This document shows, piece by piece, positions 1-11,204 of a DNA stretch of 64,000 nt. Below the pieces are notes generated by a model. That model was given only the letters and a program-made list of their open reading frames with translations, was not told where the DNA came from and did not search any database. Every line of letters begins with the position of its first letter. The stretch's first letter is position 1. Origin of the DNA: Selaginella moellendorffii (lineage: Eukaryota; Plantae; Lycopodiophyta); the NCBI RefSeq assembly GCF_000143415.4, contig NW_003314281.1, positions 1,465,882 to 1,529,881 of the forward strand, read 5' to 3'. Both the position numbers and the translations under genes were made by a program.

Positions 1-1403
1 GCGGCGCCGCACAGGGAGATAAACGAGCAGCACCACCACAGGGCGCAGCTGCGGGAGCACCTCACCACGCCCAAGGGCGGTAAAGATGTCACCGCGGACT
101 ACCCCGAGAAGCTGCCGCAAGAGGGCACCGGGAAGGAGGAATATGCGCCGTGGTACCGGTGGGGTCCCAAGCTCCGGCGCAAGGCCTGGATGGCCGCGGT
201 GTACGGCGTCACCGCAGGGTTCCTGGCGGCGCTTCTCTCGGGGCTCAATCTCACATGGAGCGCGCTCACCGCCGCCGTGGCGCTCATGGTGCTGGATTTC
301 TCCGACGCTGGCCCCAGCTTGGACAGGGTAAGTGCCACCCTCGATCAATCATTCCCCCCTCCTCTTTTCGTTCGATCGATTCGATCGATTCTAGGGTACC
401 ATCATCTTTGCCCTTTTTCCTCGATTCGATTGCTTCTTTTCCCTTTTTTCTTTGTGCTTCTCTGACCCGCAAATCTGATCGGGCATCCGGAATTCCTTCT
501 CGCGAATTCCTCTAGGGCGGCCTCACGCTCTTTACAGTTCTCTCGGTTCATAGGCAGGCTTTTGTGCCGAGCATGCTTTCGGTGTGTGTTGCCTACCAAC
601 ATGGCGACATGGATGGATCTCTCATCTTTTTCTCTTCCTTTTTTCTCGCGTTCGCGGTACTATGGAGACTATGGAGACTAAAGCCTTGATTTCGTTCTTT
701 GCTCTTTCTTTGTTCCAGGTCTCTTATTCGCTGCTCGTCTTCTTTTCCGGGATGTTTATCACCGTGGATGGATTTAACAGCACTGGCGCTCCAGGCCAGT
801 TCTGGAACGCTGTCGAGCCCCACACTCGAATCGATTCTGCAAAGGGGGTGGCCATCTTATCCCTCGTGATTCTCATTCTCTCCAACGTCGCATCCAACGT
901 TCCAACTGGTGAGTCATTTGATCCTTGTTCCCTCTTTTTGGAGCTCTCTCCTTTCACTCATACTCGTACTCTTTTTGAGAGATCCTTGTTTCCTCCTTTT
1001 TGAGCTCTTTCCTTTCAGTCACACCAGTGCGTACTCTTACTCTTTGTTGTTCCTCACAACTTTTTGCCTTTACTCCCACTCACATCCATCGTTTCTGCTC
1101 GTTGTTTCTCACATCCTTTTCTTTCTTTTCTCTGCAGTGCTGCTTTTGGGAACACGGGTGGCGGCATCGGCCGCGGCGATTCACGGGGCCAGCGTTACAA
1201 GATCGTGGCTTTACCTGGCATGGGTGAGCACAGTGGCTGGCAACTTCACTCTCATCGGCTCCGCTGCGAATCTCATCGTCTGCGAGCAAGCCCGGCAAGC
1301 AAAGCCCAACAGTTACAACCTCACCTTCTGGGCTCATCTCAAGTTCGGCATTCCTTCGACGTTGATCGTGACGGCTCTCGGGCTTCCGCTCATTCAAGGC
1401 TGA
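1..1403 (+). CDS. Lsi2-like silicon efflux transporter (ArsB/NhaD/citrate transporter superfamily), 5'-truncated by the window; exons <1-327, 719-908, 1138-1403
   Basis: Spliced translation ...[29 protein letters not shown]|[20 protein letters not shown]...SNVASNVPT|VLLLG...[18 protein letters not shown]...LPLIQG*; GT-AG introns at 328-718 and 909-1137; co-linear with the paralogue at 2238-3965. Confidence 0.9.
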
Positions 1404-2237
1404 AACTTTGCGGGCTGGTCACTTTCGTTGATCCCTTCGCTGGAAGCTTTCGGGGGTGTATAGTATGACGCATATGGATGGATACGTAGCAAGCAGCAGA
1501 CAGCGGCGTTGATCGTGCCAAGCAAGGAACGCAAGAAAAAAAAGAAAGAAAAAAATGAAAGTCTTCAGTGCCTTGCTTTTGAAGTAGCTCCTCTCGAGGC
1601 CTCTGAAGTGCAGGCTTTCGTTGGGCTTTTTCTGTACAATAAAAAGATTTCTTAGTTGTGAACAAAGATTTCTTCTGTGAAAACAAAAAATCGTTTTCTT
1701 TACCTGGCCAAAGTCTTGATTTTTCGGCAGAGAAAATCTGACAGAAGAAATACTTCGTGGAATTTGGAGCAAAGTTGGAGACGTTTCTGGTCAACTAGTC
1801 AACCATCGAAGTCAAAGCCTCGAGGTCTGATCGGACGGCCAAGGGAGAAAATTTCAACGACTACGACGTGTCCAAGTGGCATCTCAAGCCGCCAACCACG
1901 TGTCTATATATATACATTGACTTGCAGACACGTGGCAAAATATCAAGCCCGCCATCTGAAAGCTCAAACGTCAAGCCGCAAAGCCTCTCTTCCAGGTTGG
2001 TGAGATATTCAGACATTTTTCTTCATTCTTTTTGTTCTTACTGGATCGCTCCCGCAGTTTGGAGAGACTTATCTATCAGTCATAGACTAAAGAGTTTTTT
2101 TCTTGTGGACTTGGTTGGTTTCTTGGTCCATCTCCATCAATCGATCAAACCCAAGACTTCCCCGCGATTCCTTTTACACGGAGTAGTGATCGATCGATCG
2201 ACAGATATCCGATGATATGACCACTGACACCATCTCG

Positions 2238-3965
2238 TCAGCCTTGGATCAAAGGGAGCCCGACCGCGATGACGATGAATGTGGATGGCACTCCAAACGC
2301 CAAGTGCTTCCAGAAGGAGAGATTGAACTTATCGCTCTCCGCCCGGCGCGCTTGCTCGCTCACGATCAAGTTGGCGGCGGAGCCGACGAGCGTGAGATTC
2401 CCCGCCACGGTGCTGACCCAGGCCAGGACCAGCCATGCCCGCGTCACGCTCGCGCCGCTCGTCGCCGCCGCGGACGCCGCCACCCTCGACCCCAGCAGCA
2501 GCACCGTCGGGACGTTGGACGCGACGTTGGAGAGCAGCACGACGACGAGCGAGAGGAGCGCGATCCCGGACACGCTGTCGATCCGCGCGTGGGGTTCCAC
2601 GGCCTTCCAGAGCTGGCCGGGCGCTCCGGTGCGATTGAAGCCGTCCACCGTGACGAACATCCCCGAGAAGAAGACGAGGAGCGAGTACGAGACTTGATCC
2701 AGGCACGGCCCCGCGTCGGAGAAGTCGAGCACGATGAGCACCACCGCCGCCGTGAGCGCCGTCCACGAGAGGTTGAGGCCGTAGAGCAGCGCCGCCAGCA
2801 TCGCCAGGGTGACGAGGTAGACGCAAACCTTCCACACTTTCCTCCGGAGCCTGGACGCGCGTGTTGTCTTTAGCGGCGGCGATGATGGTGGTGGTGGTAG
2901 CGCTCCCGCCTCCTCATCGAATTCTTCCGGGACGTGGCTCCGCGTGGATCGTGAGCGGCGGAAGGAGCTCGAGCTTCTCGAGCTTCTTCGCGATTCCAGG
3001 CGGAGGAGATCGTCGATCACTGCCGGGGAGTGGAGCCAGTTTGGCGGATCGTGCTCTGTTTCCTCTGTTTTCTCCGCGTCCGCGGCGGCGATGGTCTTGC
3101 CGGATTCCTGGTAGCTCGAGGGGCTGGCGGCGAGGGGCTGGACGCGGACGAGGCTGACGTGGTCGTGCTCGCGGTCGTGATCGTCTTCCGGGAGCTCGGC
3201 CACCTTTGGAGCAGCGCCGCCAACTTCTGGCATTTGAATCATCGCCGCTGGCTTGTCAAGTTGTCCGCCACCACTGCCACCACCACCACTCTCCACGTCT
3301 CCAGCGGCGATGGCGTGGCGATCATCGATCTTGGGCAGCGGCTTGAGGCTCTTCCAGTAGAAGAGCAGCAGGAGCACGGTGTTGACGAAGATCCCCAGTG
3401 CCATTGCCGGAAGAACACCCACGAGGAACTTGAAGAAGGAGATCTTGCTCTCCACCGCGATGACCAGGTTCTGCGGATTGCCAATGGCGGTGGCGGCGGA
3501 GCCAATGTTGGAGCTGGTGGCGAGCGCCATGAGGTACGGCAGCACTGGCACGCGGTGCTGCTTGCAAAGCCTGAGCACGAACTCGGTGAAGATCACGCAA
3601 GTGGTGTCGTTCGTGAAGAGCGCGCTGCTCAGCGCCGAGAGGACGCAAATCCGGCACAGCAGATCCTTCGGGCCGCGGCTCCGCCACGAGAGCCCCGAGC
3701 CCAGGTACTTGAAGAGATCGGCGCGCTCGAGGTAGACGCTCACGACCATGGTGCCGAAGAGGAGGCCCAGGATGGGGAGATCGATGGCGTCGAAGGCCTG
3801 GTTGGGAGAGATGACTTGGAAGACGACCATGAGCGCGGCGCCGAGCAAGGATCCCGCGGTTCTGCCAATTGGGAGGAATGGCACTGCTGGGAAGACTGCC
3901 AGGATCCAGAACACCGCGAATGCGATGCTCCCCAGCGCGACCTTGTGCGTCGCTGCCCATGCCAT
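2238..3965 (-). CDS. Lsi2-like silicon efflux transporter, 575 aa, CDS intronless
   Basis: Motifs FPAVPFLPIGRTAGSLLGA, SALFTNDTTC, SSNIGSAATAIGNPQNLVIA and [14 protein letters not shown] typical of the Lsi2/ArsB family; long hydrophilic central loop. Confidence 0.93.
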   Translation of the reverse strand: MAWAATHKVALGSIAFAVFWILAVFPAVPFLPIGRTAGSLLGAALMVVFQVISPNQAFDAIDLPILGLLFGTMVVSVYLERADLFKYLGSGLSWRSRGPKDLLCRICVLSALSSALFTNDTTCVIFTEFVLRLCKQHRVPVLPYLMALATSSNIGSAATAIGNPQNLVIAVESKISFFKFLVGVLPAMALGIFVNTVLLLLFYWKSLKPLPKIDDRHAIAAGDVESGGGGSGGGQLDKPAAMIQMPEVGGAAPKVAELPEDDHDREHDHVSLVRVQPLAASPSSYQESGKTIAAADAEKTEETEHDPPNWLHSPAVIDDLLRLESRRSSRSSSSFRRSRSTRSHVPEEFDEEAGALPPPPSSPPLKTTRASRLRRKVWKVCVYLVTLAMLAALLYGLNLSWTALTAAVVLIVLDFSDAGPCLDQVSYSLLVFFSGMFVTVDGFNRTGAPGQLWKAVEPHARIDSVSGIALLSLVVVLLSNVASNVPTVLLLGSRVAASAAATSGASVTRAWLVLAWVSTVAGNLTLVGSAANLIVSEQARRAESDKFNLSFWKHLAFGVPSTFIVIAVGLPLIQG

Positions 3966-4544
3966 GATCGTAAAGGGGGAGCTCTCGACGTTGTTGTTCT
4001 ATGTGTTCGTGGGATCGTTCGTCTTGCTGGATTGGTGATTGATCGCGAACTTATAGCATGTGGAGGAGATTTGCTGCTAATGGCGCCAAGGAGAGGCGAT
4101 GGATTTGTCTGCTTCCAACCTTACAAGTGTTCTTGCGAGGTGGCCGAGATCCAGACCTGCCGAAATTCGCGTGTCAGTTCGGGTTGGGAGAGGTGATCCT
4201 GCGAAAGAGAATCGGGGCAACCGCTAGCATTCAATGCCCGAATCAATCCATTCGCAAACCAAGCGGAGCTCTCGATCGAGCTCCCACAATCAATCAGCAC
4301 ACGAAAAGAAAGGAATTAAAATGCGCATGCCAAAAGGAAATGCCAGCGAACGAGCGGAGGATCCACGATCGGTTTCACGAGCGCCAAGATCTCACGAGAT
4401 CAAAGCAAAACAAAAAGCAAGTAGAGATGGATGGAAAGAGAGGGCATACCAATTGGAAAAGCTTCCAATCCTCCTTAGAAGCCCGTCGTCGTCGTCGTCG
4501 TCGTCGTCTCGGTCGTAGTTGAGCACTCACGAGCTCCCCATCGC

Positions 4545-4725
4545 CGCATTTATAGGAAGACTCCATCCCTTCCGCCCCGCAAAACAAATCCTCATTTTAG
4601 TCCAGGGCTCCATGGATTAGGGTTTAAGCCCGCCACGTGGCACAGTCTCTGACACGTGTCCAAAGCGTACGGAGCCGCCCGCCGGACGTACACATGACTG
4701 AGATCAGGCACATCTAACGGTTGTG
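4545..4725 (-). promoter_or_regulatory. Probable promoter of the Lsi2-like gene: TATA-like box, telo-box, two palindromic G-box/ABRE elements, MSA-like site
   Basis: tataaa on minus at ~4548-4553; attagggttt ~4616-4625; gccacgtggc 4632-4641; gacacgtgtc 4651-4660; tctaacggtt ~4713-4722. Confidence 0.45.
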
Positions 4726-5682
4726 GCGACCGCGACCGTCGGATCCCGGGGGGTTCGCTAGATGATTCGCGCACAGTGACCCCGCGGCTAGAAAATTTTG
4801 GAGGTTGGCTTTGACAGTGGTTTCTCTTCTTCTTCTTCTTCTTCTTCGCTCGTTCGCTCGCTTGCTATGCTGCTCTGGGAGAAGAAGTATCCATCGATGG
4901 GAAACCAATTGCCGCTTTCATCACCGGTCGGATCATAGACGTATGATCCTTTTCACGCGTTTGGAGACAACGTTGCCATCGAGCATTTTAAGCCGGGAAA
5001 GCTCAAGGGCCACAAGCAGACAGCTGCAATTTGGGCGATGTCGAGATGAGTGTTACAGTGACGTCTGAACTTAAAAGAGCACTGTACCTCTCTTGATCGA
5101 ATTCCTCCGTTAAGTCACGGTAAAACTGTGCCTGTCCTGGGCCGGCGAAAGAGAACAACATAGGAAACATTAGAAAACTGGCCAAATTCCAAGAAAGGAG
5201 AAGTACCTCGTCCATGTCAGTGTTAAAAAAACTTTTTCCTTTTCTTGCTTTCTCTCTTCTCTTTGCTCGAGTGGTTCACGCTTCCTGTGTACCGGAAGAG
5301 GAGGAGACACTGCTTGACAGCCCCGCGGCATCCACAGCGAATGTCGCAAGTTCATCGAAGCTTGCTCACATTCTCTCACATTCTCATGTTGGTGAATGAT
5401 AGCGCCGCTGCGCTACAAGCCAAGCCCGTCCAGCCGTCCGGAAGAGACTTTCCCTCCGGCTGATGATAAGAAAGAAGTTGACACCCAGAGCCGTGATCCC
5501 GAGGACATCTGTACAAAACAGGCACACGCGCAGCCTTAGACCGAAAATTTTTAGCCGAAGAAAAACAAGCATAAAAGGAAAAAACAAGTTGCATGAAAAG
5601 AAAATTGTGTACCACCAGTGAGGAAAAAAACATACCCCCCGGTGCGTGCGAGATCCGGGGCTGGATTTCGCTTGGCTTGACC

Positions 5683-6754
5683 TCAGTGTTGCGACCTTCC
5701 CAAGAATCTGAGAAAGCTCCACATGAATGTAGAAGCTGCGAATAGTACTGCACCGACCAGCAATGCGGTGTTGAAACCCACGCTCACCAGCAGGTTGACT
5801 AGAATGCCAGCGATGGCGACACCGAAGAAGTTTGCCCAGAAGGAACTCCAGAATGGCATTCCCAGAACCACAGAAGCCATGGCACCTGTCCAAGCTCCAG
5901 TCCCCGGGAACGGGACTGCCACAAAAAGCATTAGTCCCAGCCACTTAAATTCCTGGATAGGCCCGGCCTTGCGTCTCGTGTGTTTGTAAATCGAATCCAA
6001 AACTTTCCTGGCACTGGAGCTCCTCGCTGTGAGAAACGTAGTTAACTGTTCCATGTAGAGCAGCACCAATGGCACAGGGATCATATTCCTGCCAAATAGA
6101 AAACGCATGTCAAAGCTTGAGACGTGACATGCTTGAATGCTTAGCTATGCACACTAGAAGTTAGAACAAACAAAACAAGATCAAGGAAACTATATGTGTG
6201 ACTTACCCGGCCACCGAGAGACAGTAGACTAGAAGAGGATTCAGCCGCATCCAATACCCGACTGGAATCGCCCCGCGAAGCTCCAGCACTGGAAGCGTCG
6301 CGAGCGCAAAGACGATTGCCTCGTCTGGCCACCGCGAGCTGCGAAGATAATCTGCTATGCGGAGTCCCAGGGCGGATGCTCCGATGGAAGAAGACTCGGC
6401 GGCTCCCCCAGCCGCGGCATAGGCGAGAAGGTTGCTTGAGAGGATCCACGCAAGGAGCGAAGCAGCGATCCCTTTGGCAATGGCAGCGAGAATTTTCTTG
6501 CCGCTGCCGCTAGGTGGAGAGATTCTGGAGTCCGATGGCCATGAATCGGCGTTGTTTGGTGCCGCGCATCGCGGTCGAGGTTGGATCTGGATGCCTTGTC
6601 TCGAGATCGAGAGATGACTTACTTGAAGAGACGATTTCGTGATCGGGATGCGCGGCAGCGATGCTAGAGCCTCTGCATTGCACGGCTGCGACCTCCGCAA
6701 CTCCGATCCGGCAGCAGCCAAGCTCCGGCGCCCTGCGCTCACGGCAGAGATCAT
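5683..6754 (-). CDS. Putative small multi-drug export family membrane protein with plastid-transit-like N-terminus; 2 exons (~6754-6207, ~6088-5683)
   Basis: LATLPVLELRGAIPVG then GNMIPVP...GLMLFVAVPFPGTGAWTGAM family motifs; S/R/A-rich N-terminus; one GT-AG intron. Confidence 0.85.
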
Positions 6755-6820
6755 CCTGGCACAATAAACCCTAGGACGCCATAGCCGGGAAGAATATCCA
6801 AGAGGGAATAATCTTCTCGT

Positions 6821-8518
6821 TTAAATCCGCCCCAGGAACATGTTTGACAGTAGGACAAAGGTCGCTGGCACGGAGCTCTGGATCGCTTGATTGCAGCGGA
6901 GAAGATCGCTGTGGATGTTGCAGCAGCCGAGAATCGTGTTCCAGGCGATCGACGTCGGCTCGAATGGCATGCTTTCGAAGAGATCTCGCGCATCGCCCAT
7001 CTCCCCCACGCGCCCGAATACCCCGATCATACAGCAGTAGTGCTCCAGGATTGGAGCGATCGCGAAATCGGTGCTCATCGACCGGAAGCACTGGCGCGCG
7101 AGATCCATCTGCCCGACGTGGTTGAATCCAGAGAAGATCCCAACGAATGTGAGACTGTCTGGCATCAAACCCTCGAGGAGCATGCGATCGAGCAGCTCCA
7201 GCGCCTGGATCGAGTGCCCGGCCTGGGACTGCGCCAGGATCAGGTAATTCCAGGGCCCCCAGCGCGGCTCCGGCATCCGAGAGAACATCTCCCTCGCGCG
7301 ATCGAGGAGCCCATCTCTGGCATAGGCAGTGATCACCGCGTTCCAGGTCACGGCATTCCACTGCGGCATGAGATCAAACAGCCGCTGCGCTCCTGCGATG
7401 TTTTTGCAATCCGAGTGCCCTGCCACGATCGCGGTCCACGAAACCACGTCGCGAATTGGGGCTCCGTGGAAGAATGCGAGTGATCGATCGATCCTGGCGT
7501 GCTGGGATGCCGCCGCTGCGATCATCACGTTCCATGCAGTGATCTGGCGATCGGGGAAGGAATCAAACACAGATTCGAGCTCGTCGAGAGGCGAGCAGCG
7601 ACGCGCGTGGGCGTGGAGGAGCGCCGAGAAGGTCACGGAAGAGTGTAATGGCATCTTGTCATAAAAGAGTTTAGAAGATTCTAGATCCCCAGCTTGGGCA
7701 TATGCTGCGAGCATGGTAGTCCATGAAACCACGTCGCATATTCTCATAGAAAGAAAGAGACCTCTTGCTTGAGAGACTTTGTAGTAGAGAATGTATGCCT
7801 GTAGCATTGCATTAGACATTGGTAAGCTGGGATCAAGAATGGATTTAAAGATAGATTCTGCATCTTCCAGATGCCCGTTCTCGGCATATGCCATTAGCAT
7901 AGCTGAAGAAGATACCATGCTAGAGCAGGGCATCTTCGCAAAGAACCTCTCGGCTCCATCTAAATCGCCGCTTTGCGAGCAGCAGGTGATCATGGTCGTC
8001 CATGAGATCACGTCTCTCTCAGCCATCCGATGAAAGATCTTTGTTCCATTGGGCACGTCCCCAGCTTGGGCATATGCCAGGAGCAAAGAGTTCCAAGACA
8101 CAAGATTGGTCTCTTCCATGGAATCAAAGAATCTCTTCGATTCGCGAAGATGCCCGGCCTGGGCAAGCGCCGCCAGCACCGCGCTCGCGGATACCACATT
8201 GTGCTGCGGCATTCGATCGAACGCCCACTTTGCCCTCTCCACGGCGCCATTTTGGGCGTAGGCCGCGAGAAGGATGCTCCACGAGTAGAGGTTAGGGTTC
8301 CTGAGGCCGTGGAAGACGCGCTGGGCTTGATCCAAGTTCCCGCATTTGCCATACATGTCGATGAGGCGATTCGCAAGGTATCGGTCGCGCGAGAGCCCAG
8401 ATCGCACGATCTGGCCGTGGATTTCTCTGCCCAGGAAGAGATCGCGAGCGATCCCGCAGGATTGGAGGCGTTGAGCGTAGACATTGATGGCTTGATGCTC
8501 GGTGAGGAAGAATCTCAT
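6821..8518 (-). CDS. PLS-class pentatricopeptide repeat protein with E-type C-terminus and no DYW domain, 565 aa, intronless
   Basis: LIDMYGKCG, repeated D/NvvSWt..i.ayaq.G....A...F..Mp units, HYCCMIGVFGRVG, terminal PATFVLLSNMF. Confidence 0.92.
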   Translation of the reverse strand: MRFFLTEHQAINVYAQRLQSCGIARDLFLGREIHGQIVRSGLSRDRYLANRLIDMYGKCGNLDQAQRVFHGLRNPNLYSWSILLAAYAQNGAVERAKWAFDRMPQHNVVSASAVLAALAQAGHLRESKRFFDSMEETNLVSWNSLLLAYAQAGDVPNGTKIFHRMAERDVISWTTMITCCSQSGDLDGAERFFAKMPCSSMVSSSAMLMAYAENGHLEDAESIFKSILDPSLPMSNAMLQAYILYYKVSQARGLFLSMRICDVVSWTTMLAAYAQAGDLESSKLFYDKMPLHSSVTFSALLHAHARRCSPLDELESVFDSFPDRQITAWNVMIAAAASQHARIDRSLAFFHGAPIRDVVSWTAIVAGHSDCKNIAGAQRLFDLMPQWNAVTWNAVITAYARDGLLDRAREMFSRMPEPRWGPWNYLILAQSQAGHSIQALELLDRMLLEGLMPDSLTFVGIFSGFNHVGQMDLARQCFRSMSTDFAIAPILEHYCCMIGVFGRVGEMGDARDLFESMPFEPTSIAWNTILGCCNIHSDLLRCNQAIQSSVPATFVLLSNMFLGRI

Positions 8519-8672
8519 TCATTTAGGGCTTACAGCATGCCAAGTCAGCGAAAACGAAGAGCGAATATTCTGTGAATGGATGGATATTCTGGGATTCTTT
8601 CTCTTGGGACCTAACCCTAAGGGATAGATCCGGCGTGGATTGCCGGGGAGCAACGCAAGTCGGGGGAGATTC

Positions 8673-9427
8673 ATGGCTTCCACCGACGCATTCAGTGGCG
8701 ATGAGACGGCGCCCTTCTTCGGATTCATTGGCGCCGCGGCAGCTCTGGTCTTCTCGTGTAAGTTCTTGCCTCTCACCGCCATGGCTGGACTGGATCTAGG
8801 GTTGTGGTGCGTGTCTCGGCTGCGCGGCATTGCAATGCCTGAGCTTGGGCCATGGATTCGCCTTCCTGCGCGATTTCCTTGCCACAATCCCGATATTTCG
8901 ATCCCAAAATTCCCCATTTTCTCATGGAATTTTCTTTGCAGGCATGGGAGCTGCCTATGGAACCGCAAAGAGTGGTGTTGGAGTGGCGTCCATGGGCGTG
9001 ATGCGGCCGGAGCTCGTGATGAAATCGATCGTGCCAGTGGTCATGGCTGGAGTGCTGGGAATCTACGGCCTCATCATCGCTGTGATTATCAGCACGGGCA
9101 TCAACCCAAAGGCAAAGTCCTACTACTTGTTCGATGGCTACGCTCATCTATCGTCCGGGCTGGCTTGCGGCCTCGCGGGTCTCTCGGCTGGAATGGCAAT
9201 CGGGATTGTCGGTGACGCTGGAGTCCGGTAAGTTCGATCGATCAAAAACCATCTTTTTCTTCGATATCTCCATTGATTGGTTTGTTTTTCTTTGCAGGGC
9301 GAATGCGCAGCAACCCAAGCTTTTTGTTGGAATGATCCTGATTCTCATCTTTGCCGAGGCTTTGGCTCTATACGGTCTCATTGTGGGAATCATCCTGTCG
9401 TCTCGAGCTGGCCAGTCGAGAGGGTAA
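8673..9427 (+). CDS. VHA-c: V-type proton ATPase 16 kDa proteolipid subunit c; exons 8673-8757, 8942-9227, 9298-9427
   Basis: [29 protein letters not shown]|[13 protein letters not shown]...GIVGDAGVR|[42 protein letters not shown]; canonical splice sites. Confidence 0.98.
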
Positions 9428-9575
9428 GCACAGCAGCAGCAAGATTAAGGTGGTGCATAAGCCAGCATTCTAGCGCTTTTTTTTTCTTCTTACTACCTGT
9501 ATTATTACTATTCCTTCCAATAATCCTCGCTTTTCTCGTATGTTTTGAGCTGTCTCTCTCTCTTTTACGCTATGA

Positions 9576-11174
9576 ATGTCCAGGAGATCTAGCGGCTTCT
9601 TCGATGGCTTAGTTCCATTCTATGTGAAGAAGATCCGGGCTTGTTCCAGCTCCAGAGATCTTTCAAGCTGCCAGGAACTCCACCTCGAGATTGTCAATCA
9701 GGGGCTCGGGAAGAACAGGCTGATCGCGAATCTCCTCGTGGGCTTGTATGGGAAGTGTGGCAGCGTCGAGGCAGCGGGGTGTGTCTTTCGAGAGATCGCG
9801 AGTCAAAACGTTTTCTCCTGGAACATCTTGGCTGGAGCGTATGCCCAGAATGGGCATAGCAAGAAAGCGAAGGAGGTTTTTGACGAGATGCCGAGCAGGG
9901 ATAGAGTGTCATGGGCGACGATCTTGACGGGTTATAGCGGTCATGGTCGGGAAGCGATGGAGATCTTCCAAGCAATGCCTCAGTGGGATATGGTTTCGAG
10001 CAATATCATTCTCACGACAGCTTCGCAAGGGCTGGATCTGGAGGAACTGAGAGCGCTGTTCCAGGCGATGCATCAAAGAGATGAGATCTCCTGGACGGGG
10101 ATCTTGAAACTCTATTCCGTGAACGATCGTTTCGAGGAAGCCAAGCTGGTGTTCTACCGGATGCCACAGCGAGATCTTGTGTGTTGGACTGTGATGATCT
10201 GTGGATATGCCCAGCGAGGGCATATGGATCTAGCTCGGGCAATGTTTCGAGCTATGCCGGAACAGGACGAAGTATCGTGGACTGCGATGATCCAGGCGTG
10301 TGTGAGTCGAGATTTGTTTGAGGAAGCGAGGGAGATGTTCTTGAGCATGCCCCGGCGAGGGATCGTTCACTGGAACGCGATGATCCAAGCCCACGTCAAG
10401 CGATTCAGAGTGGACGAGGCTGAGCGAATGCTCCACAAGATGGCACAGTGGGATGCTTTCTCGGGGACGATCATGGTGGCGGGGTTTGCCCAAGCTGGTC
10501 GACTCGATCGATCCATGGAAACGTTCCGAGCGATGCGTCGCAGGGTCTCAGTGACTTGGAACGCGATGGTTCACGGCTACGCACAGAACGGCGAGCTGGA
10601 TCAGGCCCTGGAGACGCTGGAAAGGATGCCGCGGCACGATCTGGCGTCCTCGACTGGGCTCCTCACCTGGCTGGGGCGGCGCAACATGGCGGAGAAGGCC
10701 AGAGATCTCTTCGCCAGGATGCTCGTCCGGGATGATATCGCGTGGAACGCGATGCTCGAGGCGCTGGTGGCGAGTGGAAACATCGCTGAGGCGTGGGAGT
10801 TCTTTGTGGGGGCAATGCCGAGGGACCAAGTCTCGTGGAGCACAATGGTGGCGGGGTTTGCTCAGTGCGGGGAGTGGAGGCGATCGATCGAGCTGTTTGG
10901 AGAGATGCTCCAGAATGGTTTCCATGCCGATGGGATCGGCTTCGTGGGCGTGCTCACCGCGTGTAGCCATGCAGGGCTGGTCTCTTGTGCGTGCCAGTTC
11001 CTAGCTTCCATGCGCGTGGATCATGGAATCTCTCCAGAGCTGGATCACTACGGTTGCATTGCCGATGCGTTTGGACGAGCTGGGAACGTGAAAGATGGGC
11101 TCGATCTCTTTGCGAACATGCCTGTTCATCCGGACGAGGTGGTGACCAAGTCATTGCTGGGACTATTGGATTGA
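9576..11174 (+). CDS. PLS-class PPR protein, 532 aa, intronless, ending within the E region
   Basis: LVGLYGKCGS, tandem ~31-aa PPR units, FVGVLTACSHAGLV...HYGCIADAFGRAG. Confidence 0.92.
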   Translation: MSRRSSGFFDGLVPFYVKKIRACSSSRDLSSCQELHLEIVNQGLGKNRLIANLLVGLYGKCGSVEAAGCVFREIASQNVFSWNILAGAYAQNGHSKKAKEVFDEMPSRDRVSWATILTGYSGHGREAMEIFQAMPQWDMVSSNIILTTASQGLDLEELRALFQAMHQRDEISWTGILKLYSVNDRFEEAKLVFYRMPQRDLVCWTVMICGYAQRGHMDLARAMFRAMPEQDEVSWTAMIQACVSRDLFEEAREMFLSMPRRGIVHWNAMIQAHVKRFRVDEAERMLHKMAQWDAFSGTIMVAGFAQAGRLDRSMETFRAMRRRVSVTWNAMVHGYAQNGELDQALETLERMPRHDLASSTGLLTWLGRRNMAEKARDLFARMLVRDDIAWNAMLEALVASGNIAEAWEFFVGAMPRDQVSWSTMVAGFAQCGEWRRSIELFGEMLQNGFHADGIGFVGVLTACSHAGLVSCACQFLASMRVDHGISPELDHYGCIADAFGRAGNVKDGLDLFANMPVHPDEVVTKSLLGLLD

Positions 11175-11204
11175 AAGAACAAATATGTATGGAAATGATA
11201 GAAA

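Noticed and set aside
3030-4196. 388-aa + strand ORF
   Set aside because: Antisense shadow of the GC-rich Lsi2-like CDS; no recognisable motifs.
4484-4847. (cgt)n and (ctt)n microsatellites
   Set aside because: Ordinary leader/UTR simple repeats.
5003-5560. Short minus-strand ORFs downstream of the small-multidrug-export gene
   Set aside because: No recognisable protein; more likely 3' UTR or intergenic sequence.
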